From contig NW_027362770.1 of NCBI RefSeq assembly GCF_046119375.1, positions 174,344,001 through 174,408,000 of the forward strand: DNA of 64,000 nt. The letters run 5' to 3'. This DNA comes from Phyllobates terribilis (Eukaryota). Position 1 is the stretch's first letter. Each line of letters starts with the position of its first letter. The notes beneath the pieces are model-generated. The model did not search any database, was not told the origin of the DNA, and saw only the letters and a program-made list of their open reading frames with translations. The position numbers and the translations under genes were made by a program. Of this stretch, positions 37,770 through 52,200 are shown piece after piece.

Positions 37770-38703
37770 TGTCAGGATATAATCACGATATCACAGAGTC
37801 ATGCAGAAGCACTCTCTGTGATCTTTGTGTCGAAGGGAACTCTGCTGCAACCTATTATCCGGACAATTACACAATCATAATTCAGCTTGATCTTTTATCA
37901 ACCTCTGAGTCCCACCCGCACATTCCCACATGATGACCTCACATGAGCAAGGTTGTGGGCTGGTCTCAGTCCTTCATGATTTTATGAAATCCCCAACTTA
38001 TGGGATAACTCCACTCCGGATGAAGACAGAAGTTTGAGATTAACGCCATATTTTCCATCGAGATTTTATCTTTACTTAGATAGTAAACATGGCATAGCTG
38101 TTATCAGTTATCTGGTTACTGTGGATTTGTGGCTCATTGGCAGGGGTTACAATTATGAAATAATATGTGTCTTCTTCTCCTGTTATCCCCAGTGCTGAAA
38201 ATATATGTCTCATTAATATTGGATTTATATAAATTCAAATATTCTATATTTCCTCTCGGAGACATCCTGTTTGCTGAAGCTGTTCTGATGAAAGGAATGT
38301 GTATGCAGGTTGACAATAGCTATTTCTAAAGAGATATTTGCTTTAATCCACTCCAAAACTTAAAAGGCCTTTTTCTGTGGACAACAGGTCTTCCCCTGCC
38401 CTGCTTATGCATAAACACATGTACCCTTTTTGTTGTCCAACCCTTTGAAAAGAGTTTTTCTGTCTATTTTAAATCTCATTGTCTTTCGCACAAAAGGCAT
38501 TTTCTTTCAGACATCTGGGCATCAAAAGGACTTCATGCATTTTAACTAAGATGGTTCACATCTCTTTTTCTATTGTACAATCCTGCATCTAAGAGTGTCA
38601 GCTGCATGTCTTACTAGAAATCTGTGTGATACAAAAAAAGGGGAGGGGGGTGTGTGACTTCAGAGATTTTTAATATTTTCTAGCACACCCATTTTCTGTG
38701 ACA
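37770..38703. mobile_element. ~930-bp insertion splitting the RTE LINE (LTR/ERV-like relic)
   Basis: The RTE frame ...TTG GAA CA | A ATC AAG CCA GAC (LEQIKPD) rejoins exactly when this block is removed. The block reads TGTCAGG...CTGTGACA. A polypurine-tract-like run AAAAAAAGGGGAGGGGGG (38633-38650) followed by TG lies near its right end. Confidence 0.55.
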
Positions 38704-39010
38704 AATCAAGCCAGACTAGTCAATCAAAGCAAGGATCACCATGATACGACTTGTCTACTTTGGACACATTATACGTAAATAATAATAATAATAATAATTT
38801 TTTATTTATATAGCGCCAACATATTCAGCAGCACTTTACAATACGATGAGAGCTATCACTGTAGAAGGACTTCATGGTCGGAAGAATGGAAGAAACAAGG
38901 CAGAGAGGAAGACCAGCAACCCGATGGCTTGATACTATCAATATGGTTGACCTATCTAGGCTTGCACAAGATTGATCTTCCTACATATTGTTCATCCATC
39001 ATCCGAGGTC
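38704..39010 (+). pseudogene. RTE-clade LINE relic, part 2 (3' end of ORF), interrupted at 38776-38840
   Basis: IKPD*SIKARITMIRLVYFGHIIR, then after the small insert IR*ELSL*KDFMVGRMEETRQRGRPATRWLDTI, matching the RTE C-terminal YFGHI.R...RGRP..RW.D motif. Confidence 0.85.
38776..38840 (-). mobile_element. Severely 5'-truncated non-LTR retroelement 3' end (L2/CR1-like or SINE tail)
   Basis: The minus strand reads TGTAAAGTGCTGCTGAATATGTTGGCGCTATATAAATAAAAAA(TTA)n, with a 5-bp TSD ATACG at 38771-38775 and 38841-38845. Confidence 0.7.
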
Positions 39011-39990
39011 GAGCAGAAGGCTGTTAAATAAATAATAAATACTATTGTGAGAATAATTTTGGACAGATTCTTGTCACACGTTAGGGATTTAGTTGAGGGG
39101 GTTATCGAGAACTGTGCCCAAGGTTTTTGGCACCAGAGGTGGTGCCATCAAGCTTCTTGGCCATGGTCAGAGTACAGGGCTAGTGACGTGAGATGACCCT
39201 GAGCAACAGCTCTTCCAGGGGTATTAATACTGTACCAGATGTGTATAGACAGCAGTCACATCTGGGTCCACGTTCTCTCGATGATGGGCCCAATGGTCGC
39301 TCTGGCACATTAGAAGATACCAGTATTCGGACATGATGGCTACGAGGCTCAGGTAACAGAGGAGATGAGTACAACTAGGTACGGGACCCCTCTTCCCAAA
39401 GGCCACATTGCAGCCACATGTTCTGCCTCTGCCTGGGGGTTGTATCCTTAAATACCTCAATCCCATATCACTGTATAATTAGGTAGGCTTACCACCCCAA
39501 ATTATATGACAACCCCTATAACATCTTTAATTCGGTTGTCAGGAACAATTATCAACCTCATCAAAAGTTCAGAAAACTACAAAGAGCATCTCCCACTCTG
39601 GAGGACCCACCATTTCCATACCTTACAAGGACAACTCATTGGGAATCCTGTAATTCTTTATTTCACCTGCGGGAGTGCTGAAGGGAAATTGAACACTTCC
39701 TGCTAGCTTCCATCACAAATTATACTGATTACTGCTAGTAAGTAGCTTATTGTCAGTGCAAGGGGAAAAGCCTGAGCAGAGGAACCCTTTAATGAACTGT
39801 TTTTGCTCCGGTCTTTTGCTTTGGAGATACAATCGTGATGTGCGAGTTTTCCACAGATGCAGAGCTATTCCCGCTGCCTCCACTTTATAACGCAGCCGCT
39901 GGTACACTGTAATATTTGCACTAAGCAAACGCTGCCGTCTGCTCTCCCGGCGCGGTGTTTGGTAAACAGTGCCACTATGGTTTGACTTAG

Positions 39991-40105
39991 TTCTCCTGAT
40001 AAATACAACCGCAGCGACGTCCCATTAGTCAGCAGACGCTTCTCGGAGGATGGTGCGCCAGACAGCGATGGACGGTCACCGACTGCTCCGCTCCCAATAG
40101 CCAAA
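39991..40105 (+). CDS. Candidate isolated internal coding exon (38 codons, unknown gene)
   Basis: AG|TTCTCC...GCCAAA|GTAACG boundaries. The frame gives SPDKYNRSDVPLVSRRFSEDGAPDSDGRSPTAPLPIAK and is GC/CpG-richer than its flanks. Splice signals are weak and I cannot name a homologue. Confidence 0.25.
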
Positions 40106-40280
40106 GTAACGTCACTTTATTATGTTTAGTGGAAGAACTGGGATAAATCACCACTGGGAAAGGAATATACAAAGGGCGGGAAATAAGCTGGCAGAATTAA
40201 CTGTATGGCTGCTCTCAGGAGCTGCGCTGCTAATGAAGCTTCATCTGCTGAGGCTAGAAATATAGATGATCATGGGGTAA

Positions 40281-43200
40281 AATACAGGAGGTAACTCAGC
40301 ATCAGTAATGTAATGTATGTACACAGTGACTGCACCAGCAGAATAGTGAGTGCAGCTCTGGAGTATAATACAGGATGTAACTCAGGATCAGTAATGTAAT
40401 GTATGTACACAGTGACTGCACCAGCAGAATAGTGAGTGCAGCTCTGGAGTATAATACAGGATCAGTACAGGATCAGTAATGTAATGTATGTACACAGTGA
40501 CTGCACCAGCAGAATAGTGAGTGCGACTCTGGAGTATAATACAGGATGTAACTCAGGATCAGTAATGTAATGTATGTACACAGTGACTCCACCAGCAGAA
40601 TAGTGAGTGCAGCTCTGGAGTATAATACAGGATGTAACTCAGCATCAGTAATGTAATGTATGTACACAGTGACTGCAGCAGCAGAATAGTGAGTGCAGCT
40701 CTGGAGTATAATACAGGATGTAACTCAGCATCAGTAATGTAATGTATGTACACAGTGACTGCACCAGCAGAATAGTGAGTGCAGCTCTGGAGTATAATAC
40801 AGGATGTAACTCAGGATCAGTAATGTAATGTATGTACACAGTGACTGCACCAGCAGAATAGTGAGTGCAGCTCTGGAGTATAATATAGGATGTAACTCAG
40901 GATCAGTAATGTAATGTATGTACACAGTGACTGCACCAGCAGAATAGTGAGTGCAGCTCTGGAGTATAATATAGGATGTAACTCAGGATCAGTAATGTAA
41001 TGTATGTACACAGTGACTGCACCAGCAGAATAGTGAGTGCAGCTCTGGAGTATAATACAGGAGGTAACTCAGGATCAGTAATGTAATGTATGTACACAGT
41101 GACTGCACCAGCAGAATAGTGAGTGCAGCTCTCGAGTATAATACAGGATGTAACTCAGGATCAGTAATGTAATGTATGTACACAGTGACTGCACCAGCAG
41201 AATAGTGAGTGCAGCTCTGGAGTATAATATAGGATGTAACTCAGGATCAGTAATGTAATGTATGTACACAGTGACTGCACCAGCAGAATAGTGAGTGCAG
41301 CTCTGGAGTATAATACAGGATGTAACTGAGGATCAGTAATGTAATGTATGTACACAGTGACTACACCAGCAGAATAGTGAGTGCAGCTCTGGAGTATAAT
41401 ACAGGATGTAACTCAGGATCAGTAATGTAATGTATGTACACAGTGACTGCACCAGCAGAATAGTGAGTGCAGCTCTGGAGTATAATATAGGATGTAACTC
41501 AGGATCAGTAATGTAATGTATGTACACAGTGACTGCAGCAGCAGAATAGTGAGTGCAGCTCTGGAGTATAATACAGGAGGTAACTCAGGATCAGTAATGT
41601 AATGTATGTACACAGTGACTGCACCAGAAGAATAGTGAGCGCAGCTCTCGAGTATAATACAGAATGTAACTCAGGATCAGTAATGTAATGTATGTGCACA
41701 GTGACTGCACCAGCAGAATAGTGAGTGCAGCTCTGGAGCATAATACAGGATGTAACTCAGGATCAATAATGTAATGTATGTACACAGTGACTGCACCAGC
41801 AGAATAGTGAGTGCAGCTCTAGAGTATAATACAGGATGTAACTCAGGATCAGTAATGTAATGTATGTGCACAGTGACTGCACCAGCAGAATAGTGAGTGC
41901 AGCTCTGGAGCATAATACAGGATGTAACTCAGGATCAGTAATGTAATGTATGTACACAGTGACTGCACCAGCAGAATAGAGAGTGCAGCTCTGGAGTATA
42001 ATACAGGATGTAACTCAGGTTCAGTAATGTAATGTATGTACACAGTGACTCCACCAGCAGAATAGTGAGTGCAGCTCTGGAGTATAATACAGGATGTAAC
42101 TCAGGATCAGTAATGTAATGTATGTACACAGTGACTGCACCAGGAGAATAGTGAGTGCAGCTCTGGAGTATAATATAGGATGTAACTCAGGATCAGTAAT
42201 GTAATGTATGTACACAGTGACTGCACCAGCAGAATAGTGAGTGCAGCTCTGGAGTATAATACAGGATGTAACTCAGGATCAGTAATGCAATGTATGTACA
42301 CAGTGACTGCACCAGCAGAATAGTGAGTGCAGCTCTGGAGTATAATACAGGATGTAACTCAGGATCAGTAATGTAATGTATGTACACAGTGACTGCACCA
42401 GCAGAATAGTGAGTGCAGCTCTGGAGTATAATACAGGAGGTAACTCAGGATCAGTAATGTAATGTATGTACACAGTGACTGCACCAGAAGAATAGTGAGC
42501 GCAGCTCTGGAGTATAATACAGAATGTAACTCAGGATCAGTAATGTAATGTATGTGCACAGTGACTGCACCAGCAGAATAGTGAGTGCAGCCCTGGAGCA
42601 TAATACAGGATGTAACTCAGGATCAGTAATGTAATGTATGTACACAGTGACTGCACCAGCAGAATAGAGAGTGCAGCTCTGGAGTATAATACAGGATGTA
42701 ACTCAGGTTCAGTAATGTAATGTATGTACACAGTGACTCCACCAGCAGAATAGTGAGTGCAGCTCTGGAGTATAATACAGGATGTAACTCAGGATCAGTA
42801 ATGTAATGTATGTACACAGTGACTGCACCAGCAGAATAGTGAGTGCAGCTCTGGAGTATAATACAGGATGTAACTCAGGATCAGTAATGTAATGTATGTA
42901 CACAGTGACTGCACCAGCAGAATAGTGAGTGCAGCTCTGGAGTATAATACAGGATGTAACTCAGGATCAGTACAGGATCAGTAATGTAATGTATGTACAC
43001 AGTGACTGCACCAGCAGAATAGTGAGTGCAGCTCTGGAGTATAATACAGGATGTAACTCAGGATCAGTAATGTAATGTATGTACACAGTGACTGCACCAG
43101 AAGAATAGTGAGCGCAGCTCTGGAGTATAATACAGAATGTAACTCAGGATCAGTAATGTAATGTATGTACACAGTGACTGCACCAGCAGAATAGTGAGCG

Positions 43201-46200
43201 CAGCTCTGGAGTATAATACAGGATGTAACTCAGGATCAGTAATGTAATGTATGTGCACAGTGACTGCACCAGCAGAATAGTGAGTGCAGCTCTGGAGAAT
43301 AATACAGGATGTAACTCAGGATCAGTAATGTAATGTATGTGCACAGTGACTGCACCAGCAGAATAGTGAGCGCAGCTCTGGAGTATAATACAGAATGTAA
43401 CTCAGGATCAGTAAAGTAATGTATGTACACAGTGACTGCACCAGCAGAATAGTGAGTGCAGCTCTGGAGTATAATATAGGATGTAACTCAGGATCAGTAA
43501 TGTAATGTATGTACACAGTGACTGCACCAGCAGAATAGTGAGTGCAGCTCTGGAGTATAATATAGGATGTAACTCAGGATCAGTAATGTAATGTATGTAC
43601 ACAGTGACTGCACCAGCAGAATAGTGAGTGCAGCTCTAGAGTATAATACAGGATGTAACTCAGGATCAGTAATGTAATGTATGTACACAGTGACTGCACC
43701 AGCAGAATAGTGAGTGCAGCTCTGGAGTATAATATAGGATGTAACTCAGGATCAGTAATGTAATGTATGTACACAGTGACTGCACCAGCAGAATAGTGAG
43801 TGCAGCTCTGGAGTATAATACAGAATGTAACTGAGGATCAGTAATGTAATGTATGTACACAGTGACTACACCAGCAGAATAGTGAGTGCAGCTCTGGAGT
43901 ATAATACAGGATGTAACTCAGGATCAGTAATGTAATGTATGTACACAGTGACTGCACCAGCAGAATAGTGAGTGCAGCTCTGGAGTATAATATAGGATGT
44001 AACTCAGGATCAGTAATGTAATGTATGTACACAGTGACTGCAGCAGCAGAATAGTGAGTGCAGCTCTGGAGTATAATACAGGAGGTAACTCAGGATCAGT
44101 AATGTAATGTATGTACACAGTGACTGCACCAGAAGAATAGTGAGCGCAGCTCTCGAGTATAATACAGAATGTAACTCAGGATCAGTAATGTAATGTATGT
44201 GCACAGTGACTGCACCAGCAGAATAGTGAGTGCAGCTCTGGAGCATAATACAGGATGTAACTCAGGATTAATAATGTAATGTATGTACACAGTGACTGCA
44301 CCAGCAGAATAGTGAGTGCAGCTCTAGAGTATAATACAGGATGTAACTCAGGATCAGTAATGTAATGTATGTGCACAGTGACTGCACCAGCAGAATAGTG
44401 AGTGCAGCTCTGGAGCATAATACAGGATGTAACTCAGGATCAGTAATGTAATGTATGTACACAGTGACTGCACCAGCAGAATAGAGAGTGCAGCTCTGGA
44501 GTATAATACAGGATGTAACTCAGGTTCAGTAATGTAATGTATGTACACAGTGACTCCACCAGCAGAATAGTGAGTGCAGCTCTGGAGTATAATACAGGAT
44601 GTAACTCAGGATCAGTAATGTAATGTATGTACACAGTGACTGCACCAGGAGAATAGTGAGTGCAGCTCTGGAGTATAATACAGGATGTAACTCAGGATCA
44701 GTAATGTAATGTATGTACACAGTGACTGCACCAGCAGAATAGTGAGTGCAGCTCTGGAGTATAATACAGGATGTAACTCAGGATCAGTAATGCAATGTAT
44801 GTACACAGTGACTGCACCAGCAGAATAGTGAGTGCAGCTCTGGAGTATAATACAGGATGTAACTCAGGATCAGTAATGTAATGTATGTACACAGTGACTG
44901 CACCAGCAGAATAGTGAGTGCAGCTCTGGAGTATAATACAGGAGGTAACTCAGGATCAGTAATGTAATGTATGTACACAGTGACTGCACCAGAAGAATAG
45001 TGAGCGCAGCTCTGGAGTATAATACAGAATGTAACTCAGGATCAGTAATGTAATGTATGTGCACAGTGACTGCACCAGCAGAATAGTGAGTGCAGCTCTG
45101 GAGCATAATACAGGATGTAACTCAGGATCAGTAATGTAATGTATGTACACAGTGACTGCACCAGCAGAATAGAGAGTGCAGCTCTGGAGTATAATACAGG
45201 ATGTAACTCAGGTTCAGTAATGTAATGTATGTACACAGTGACTCCACCAGCAGAATAGTGAGTGCAGCTCTGGAGTATAATACAGGATGTAACTCAGGAT
45301 CAGTAATGTAATGTAGGTACACAGTGACTGCACCAGCAGAATAGTGAGTGCAGCTCTGGAGTATAATACAGGATGTAACTCAGGATCAGTAATGTAATGT
45401 ATGTACACAGTGACTGCACCAGCAGAATAGTGAGTGCAGCTCTGGAGTATAATACAGGATGTAACTCAGGATCAGTACAGGATCAGTAATGTAATGTATG
45501 TACACAGTGACTGCACCAGCAGAATAGTGAGTGCAGCTCTGGAGTATAATACAGGATGTAACTCAGGATCAGTAATGTAATGTATGTACACAGTGACTGC
45601 ACCAGAAGAATAGTGAGCTCAGCTCTGGAGTATAATACAGAATGTAACTCAGGATCAGTAATGTAATGTATGTACACAGTGACTGCACCAGCAGAATAGT
45701 GAGCGCAGCTCTGGAGTATAATACAGGATGTAACTCAGGATCAGTAATGTAATGTATGTGCACAGTGACTGCACCAGCAGAATAGTGAGTGCAGCTCTGG
45801 AGCATAATACAGGATGTAACTCAGGATCAGTAATGTAATGTATGTGCACAGTGACTGCACCAGCAGAATAGTGAGCGCAGCTCTGGAGTATAATACAGAA
45901 TGTAACTCAGGATCAGTAAAGTAATGTATGTACACAGTGACTGCACCAGAAGAATAGTGAGCGCAGCTCTGGAGTATAATACAGGATGTAACTCAGGATC
46001 AGTAATGTAATGTATGTGCACAGTGACTGCACCAGCAGAATAGTGAGTGCAGCTCTGGAGCATAATACAGGATGTAACTCAGGATCAGTAATGTAATGTA
46101 TGTACACAGTGACTGCACCAGCAGAATAGTGAGTGCAGCTCTGGAGCATAATACAGGATGTAACTCAGGATCAATAATGTAATGTATGTACACAGTGACT

Positions 46201-49200
46201 GCACCAGCAGAATAGTGAGTGCAGCTCTAGAGTATAATACAGGATGTAACTCAGGATCAGTAATGTAATGTATGTACACAGTGACTGCACCAGCAGAATA
46301 GTGAGTGCAGCTCTGGAGCATAATACAGGATGTAACTCAGGATCAGTAATGTAATGTATGTACACAGTGACTGCACCAGCAGAATAGAGAGTGCAGCTCT
46401 GGAGTATAATACAGGATGTAACTCAGGTTCAGTAATGTATTGTATGTACACAGTGACTCCACCAGCAGAATAGTGAGTGCAGCTCTGGAGTATAATACAG
46501 GATGTAACTCAGGATCAGTAATGTAATGTATGTACACAGTGACTGCACCAGCAGAATAGTGAGTGCAGCTCTGGAGTATAATACAGGATGTAACTCAGGA
46601 TCAGTAATGTAATGTATGTACACAGTGACTGCACCAGCAGAATAGTGAGTGCAGCTCTGGAGTATAATACAGGATGTAACTCAGTATCAGTAATGTAATG
46701 TATGTACACAGTGACTGCACCAGCAGAATAGTGAGTGCAGCTCTGGAGTATAATACAGGATGTAACTCAGGATCAGTAATGTAATGTATGTACACAGTGA
46801 CTGCACCAGCAGAATAGTGAGTGCAGCTCTGGAGTATAATACAGGAGGTAACTCAGGATCAGTAATGTAATGTATGTACACAGTGACTGCACCAGAAGAA
46901 TAGTGAGCGCAGCTCTGGAGTATAATACAGAATGTAACTCAGGATCAGTAATGTAATGTATGTGCACAGTGACTGCACCAGCAGAATAGTGAGTGCAGCT
47001 CTGGAGCATAATACAGGATGTAACTCAGGATCAGTAATTTAATGTATGTACACAGTGACTGCACCAGCAGAATAGAGAGTGCAGCTCTGGAGTATAATAC
47101 AGGATGTAACTCAGGTTCAGTAATGTAATGTATGTACACAGTGACTCCACCAGCAGAATAGTGAGTGCAGCTCTGGAGTATAATACAGGATGTAACTCAG
47201 GATCAGTTATGTAATGTATGTACACAGTGACTGCACCAGCAGAATAGTGAGTGCAGCTCTGGAGTATAATACAGGATGTAACTCAGGATCAGTAATGTAA
47301 TGTATGTACACAGTGACTGCACCAGCAGAATAGTGAGTGCAGCTCTGGAGTATAATACAGGATGTAACTCAGGATCAGTACAGGATCAGTAATGTAATGT
47401 ATGTACACAGTGACTGCACCAGCAGAATAGTGAGTGCAGCTCTGGAGTATAATACAGGATGTAACTCAGGATCAGTAATGTAATGTATGTACACAGTGAC
47501 TGCACCAGAAGAATAGTGAGCGCAGCTCTGGAGTATAATACAGAATGTAACTCAGGATCAGTAATGTATTGTATGTACACAGTGACTGCACCAGCAGAAT
47601 AGTGAGCGCAGCTCTGGAGTATAATACAGGATGTAACTCAGGATCAGTAATGTAATGTATGTGCACAGTGACTGCACCAGCAGAATAGTGAGTGCAGCTC
47701 TGGAGCATAATACAGGATGTAACTCAGGATCAGTAATGTAATGTATGTGCACAGTGACTGCACCAGCAGAATAGTGAGCGCAGCTCTGGAGTATAATACA
47801 GAATGTAACTCAGGATCAGTAAAGTAATGTATGTACACAGTGACTGCACCAGAAGAATAGTGAGCGCAGCTCTGGAGTATAATACAGTATGTAACTCAGG
47901 ATCAGTAATGTAATGTATGTGCACAGTGACTGCACCAGCAGAATAGTGAGTGCAGCTCTGGAGCATAATACAGGATGTAACTCAGGATCAGTAATGTAAT
48001 GTATGTACACAGTGACTGCACCAGCAGAATAGTGAGTGCAGCTCTGGAGTATAATACAGGATGTAACTGAGGATCAGTAATGTAATGTATGTACACAGTG
48101 ACTGCACCAACAAAATAGTGAGTGCAGCTCTGGAGTATAATACAGGACGTAACTCAGGATCAGTAATGTAATGTATGTACACAGTGACTGCACCAGCAGA
48201 ATAGTGAGTGCAGCTCTGGAGTATAATACAGGAGGTAACTCAGGATCTGTAATGTAATGTATGTACACAGTGACTGCACCAGCAGAATAGTGAGTGCAGC
48301 TCTGGAGTATAATACAGGATGTAACTCAGGATCAGTAATGTAATGTATGTACACAGTGACTGCACCAGCAGAATAGTGAGTGCAGCTCTGGAGTATAATA
48401 CATGATGTAACTCAGGATCAGTAATGTAATGTATGTACACAGTGACTGCACAAGCAGAATAGTGAGTGCAGCTCTGGAGTATAATACAGGATGTAACTCA
48501 GGATCAGTAATGTAATGTATGTACACAGTGACTGCACCAGCAGAATAGTGAGTGCAGCTCTGGAGTATAAAACAGGATGTAACTCAGGATCAGTAATGTA
48601 ATGTATCTACACAATGACTGCACCAGCAGAATAGTGAGTGCAGCTCTGGAGTATAATACAGGATGTAACTCAGGATTAGTAATGTAATGTATGTGCACAG
48701 TGACTGCACCAGCAGAATAGTGAGTGAAGCTCTGGAGTATAATACAGGATGTAACTCAGGATCAGAACAGGATCAGTAATGTAATGTATGTACACAGTGA
48801 CTGCACCAGCAGAATAGTGAGTGCAGCTCTGGAGTATAATACAGGATGTAACTCAGGATCAGTAATGTAATGTATGTACACAGTGACTGCACCAGCAGAA
48901 TAGTGAGTGCAGCTCTGGAGTATAATACAGGATGTAACTCAGGATCAGTAATGTAATGTATGTACACAGTGACTGCACCAGCAGAATAGTGAGTGCAGCT
49001 CTGGAGTATAATACAGGATGTAACTCAGGATCAGTAATGTAATGTATGTACACAGTGACTGCACCAGCAGAATAGTGAGTGCAGCTCTGGAGTATAATAC
49101 AGGAGGTAACTCAGGATCAGTAATGTAATGTATGTACACAATGACTGCACCAGCAGAATAGTGAGTGCAGCTCTGGAGTATAATACAGGATGTAACTCAG

Positions 49201-52200
49201 GATCAGTAATGTAATGTATGTACACAGTGACTCCACCAGTAGAATAGTAAGTGCAGCTCTGGAGTATAATACAGGATGTAACTCAAGATCAGTAATGTAA
49301 TGTATGTACACAGTGACTGCACCAGCAGAATAGTGAGTGCAGCTCTGGAGTATAATACAGGATGTAACTCAGGATCAGTAATGTAATGTATCTACACAAT
49401 GACTGCACCAGCAGAATAGTGAGTGCAGCTCTGGAGTATAATACAGGATGTAACTCAGGATCAGTAATGTATGTACACAGTGACTGCACCAGCAGAATAG
49501 TGAGTGCAGCTCTGGAGTATAATACAGGATGTAACTCAGGATCAGTAATGTAATGTATGTACACAGTGACTGCAGCAACAGAATAGTGAGTGCAGCTCTG
49601 GAGTATAATACATGATGTAACTCAGGATCAGTAATGTAATGTATGTACACAGTGACTGCACCAGCAGAATAGTGAGTGCAGCTCTGGAGTATAATACAGG
49701 ATGTAACTCAGGATCAGTAATGTAATGTATGTACACAGTGACTGCACCAGCAGCATAGTGAGTGCTGCTCTGGAGTATAATACAGGATGTAACTCAGGAT
49801 CAGTAATGTAATGTATGTACACAGTGACTCCACCAGCCGAATAGTGAGTGCAGCTCTGGAGTATAATACAGGATGTAACTCAGGATCAGTAATGTAATGT
49901 ATGTACACAGTGACTGCACCAGCAGAATAGTGAGTGCAGCTCTGGAGTATAATACAGGATGTAACTCAGGATCATTAATGTAATGTATGTACACAGTGAC
50001 TGCACCAGCAGAATAGTGAGTGCTGCTCTGGAGTATAATACAGGATGTAACTCAGGATCAGTAATGTAATGTATGTACACAGTGACTGCACCAGCAGAAT
50101 AGTGAGTGCAGCTCTGGAGTATAATACAGGATGTAACTCAGGATCAGTAATGTAATGTATGTTCACAATGACTGCACCAGCAGAATAGTGAGTGCAGCTC
50201 TGGAGTATAATACAGTATGTAACTCAGGATCAGTAATGTAATGTATGTACACAGTGACTGCACCAGCAGAATAGTGAGTGCAGCTCTGGAGTATAATACA
50301 GGATGTAACTCAGGATCAGTAATGTAATGTATCTACACAATGACTGCACCAGCAGAATAGTGAGTGCAGCTCTGGAGTATAATACAGGATGTAACTCAGG
50401 ATCAGTAATGTATGTACACAGTGACTGCACCAGCAGAATAGTGAGTGCAGCTCTGGAGTATAATACAGGATGTAACTCAGTATCAGTAATGTAATGTATC
50501 TACACAATGACTGCAGCAGCAGAATAGTGAGTGCAGCTCTGGAGTATAATACAGGATGTAACTCAGGATCAGTAATGTAATGTATGTACACAGTGACTGC
50601 ACCAGCAGAATAGTGAGTGCAGCTCTGGAGTATAATACAGGATGTAACTCAGGATCAGTAATGTAATGTATCTACACAATGACTGCACCAGCAGAATAGT
50701 GAGTGCAGCTCTGGAGTATAATACAGGATGTAACTCAGGATCAGTAATGTATGTACACAGTGACTGCACCAGCATAATAGTGAGTGCAGCTCTGGAGTAT
50801 AATACAGGATGGAACTCAGGATCAGTAATGTAATGTATCTACACAATGACTGCACCAGCAGAATAGTGAGTGCAGCTCTGGAGTATAATACAGGATGTAA
50901 CTCAGGATCAGTAATGTATGTACACAGTGACTGCACCAGCAGAATAGTGAGTGCAGCTCTGGAGTATAATACAGGATGTAACTCAGGATCAGTAATGTAT
51001 GTACACAGTGACTGCACCAGCAGAATAGTGAGTGCAGCTCTGGAGTATAATACAGGATGTAACTCAGGATCAGTAATGTAATGTATGTACACAGTGACTG
51101 CAGCAACAGAATAGTGAGTGCAGCTCTGGAGTATAATACAGGATGTAACTCAGGATCAGTAATGTAATGTATGTACACAGTGACTCCACCAGCAGAATAG
51201 TGAGTGCAGCTCTGGAGTATAATACAGGATGTAACTCAAGATCAGTAATGTAATGTATGTACACAGTGACTGCACCAGCAGAATAGTGAGTGCAGCTCTG
51301 GAGTATAATACAGGATGTAACTCAGGATCAGTAATGTAATGTATCTACACAATGACTGCACCAGCAGAATAGTGAGTGCAGCTCTGGAGTATAATACAGG
51401 ATGTAACTCAGGATCAGTAATGTATGTACACAGTGACTGCACCAGCAGAATAGTGAGTGCAGCTCTGGAGTATAACACAGGATGTAACTCAGGATCAGTA
51501 ATGTAATGTATGTACACAGTGACTGCACCAGCAGAATAGTGAGTGCTGCTCTGGAGTATAATACAGGATGTAACTCAGGATCAGTAATGTAATGTATGTA
51601 CACAGTGACTGCACCAGCAGAATAGTGAGTGCAGCTCTGGAGTATAATACAGGATGTAACTCAGGATCAGTAATGTAATGTATGTACACAGTGACTGCAC
51701 CAGCAGAATAGTGAGTGCTGCTCTGGAGTATAATACAGGATGTAACTCAGGATCAGTAATGTAATGTATGTACACAGTGACTCCACCAGCCGAATAGTGA
51801 GTGCAGCTCTGGAGTATAATACAGGATGTAACTCAGGATCAGTAATGTAATGTATGTACACAGTGACTGCAGCAACAGAATAGTGAGTGCAGCTCTGGAG
51901 TATAATACAGGATGTAACTCAGGATCAGTAATGTAATGTATGTACACAGTGACTGCACCAGCAGAATAGTGAGTGCAGCTCTGGAGTATAATACAGGATG
52001 TAACTCAGGATCATTAACGTAATGTATGTACACAGTGACTGCACCAGCAGAATAGTGAGTGCAGCTCTGGAGTATAATACAGGATGTAACTCAGGATCAG
52101 TAATGTAATGTATGTTCACAATGACTGCACCAGCAGAATAGTGAGTGCAGCTCTGGAGTATAATACAGTATGTAACTCAGGATCAGTAATGTAATGTATG

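Noticed and set aside
39865-40104. 79-aa minus-strand ORF (MAIGSGAVGDRP...)
   Set aside because: No recognisable motif; it overlaps the plus-strand candidate exon, which has splice-like boundaries.
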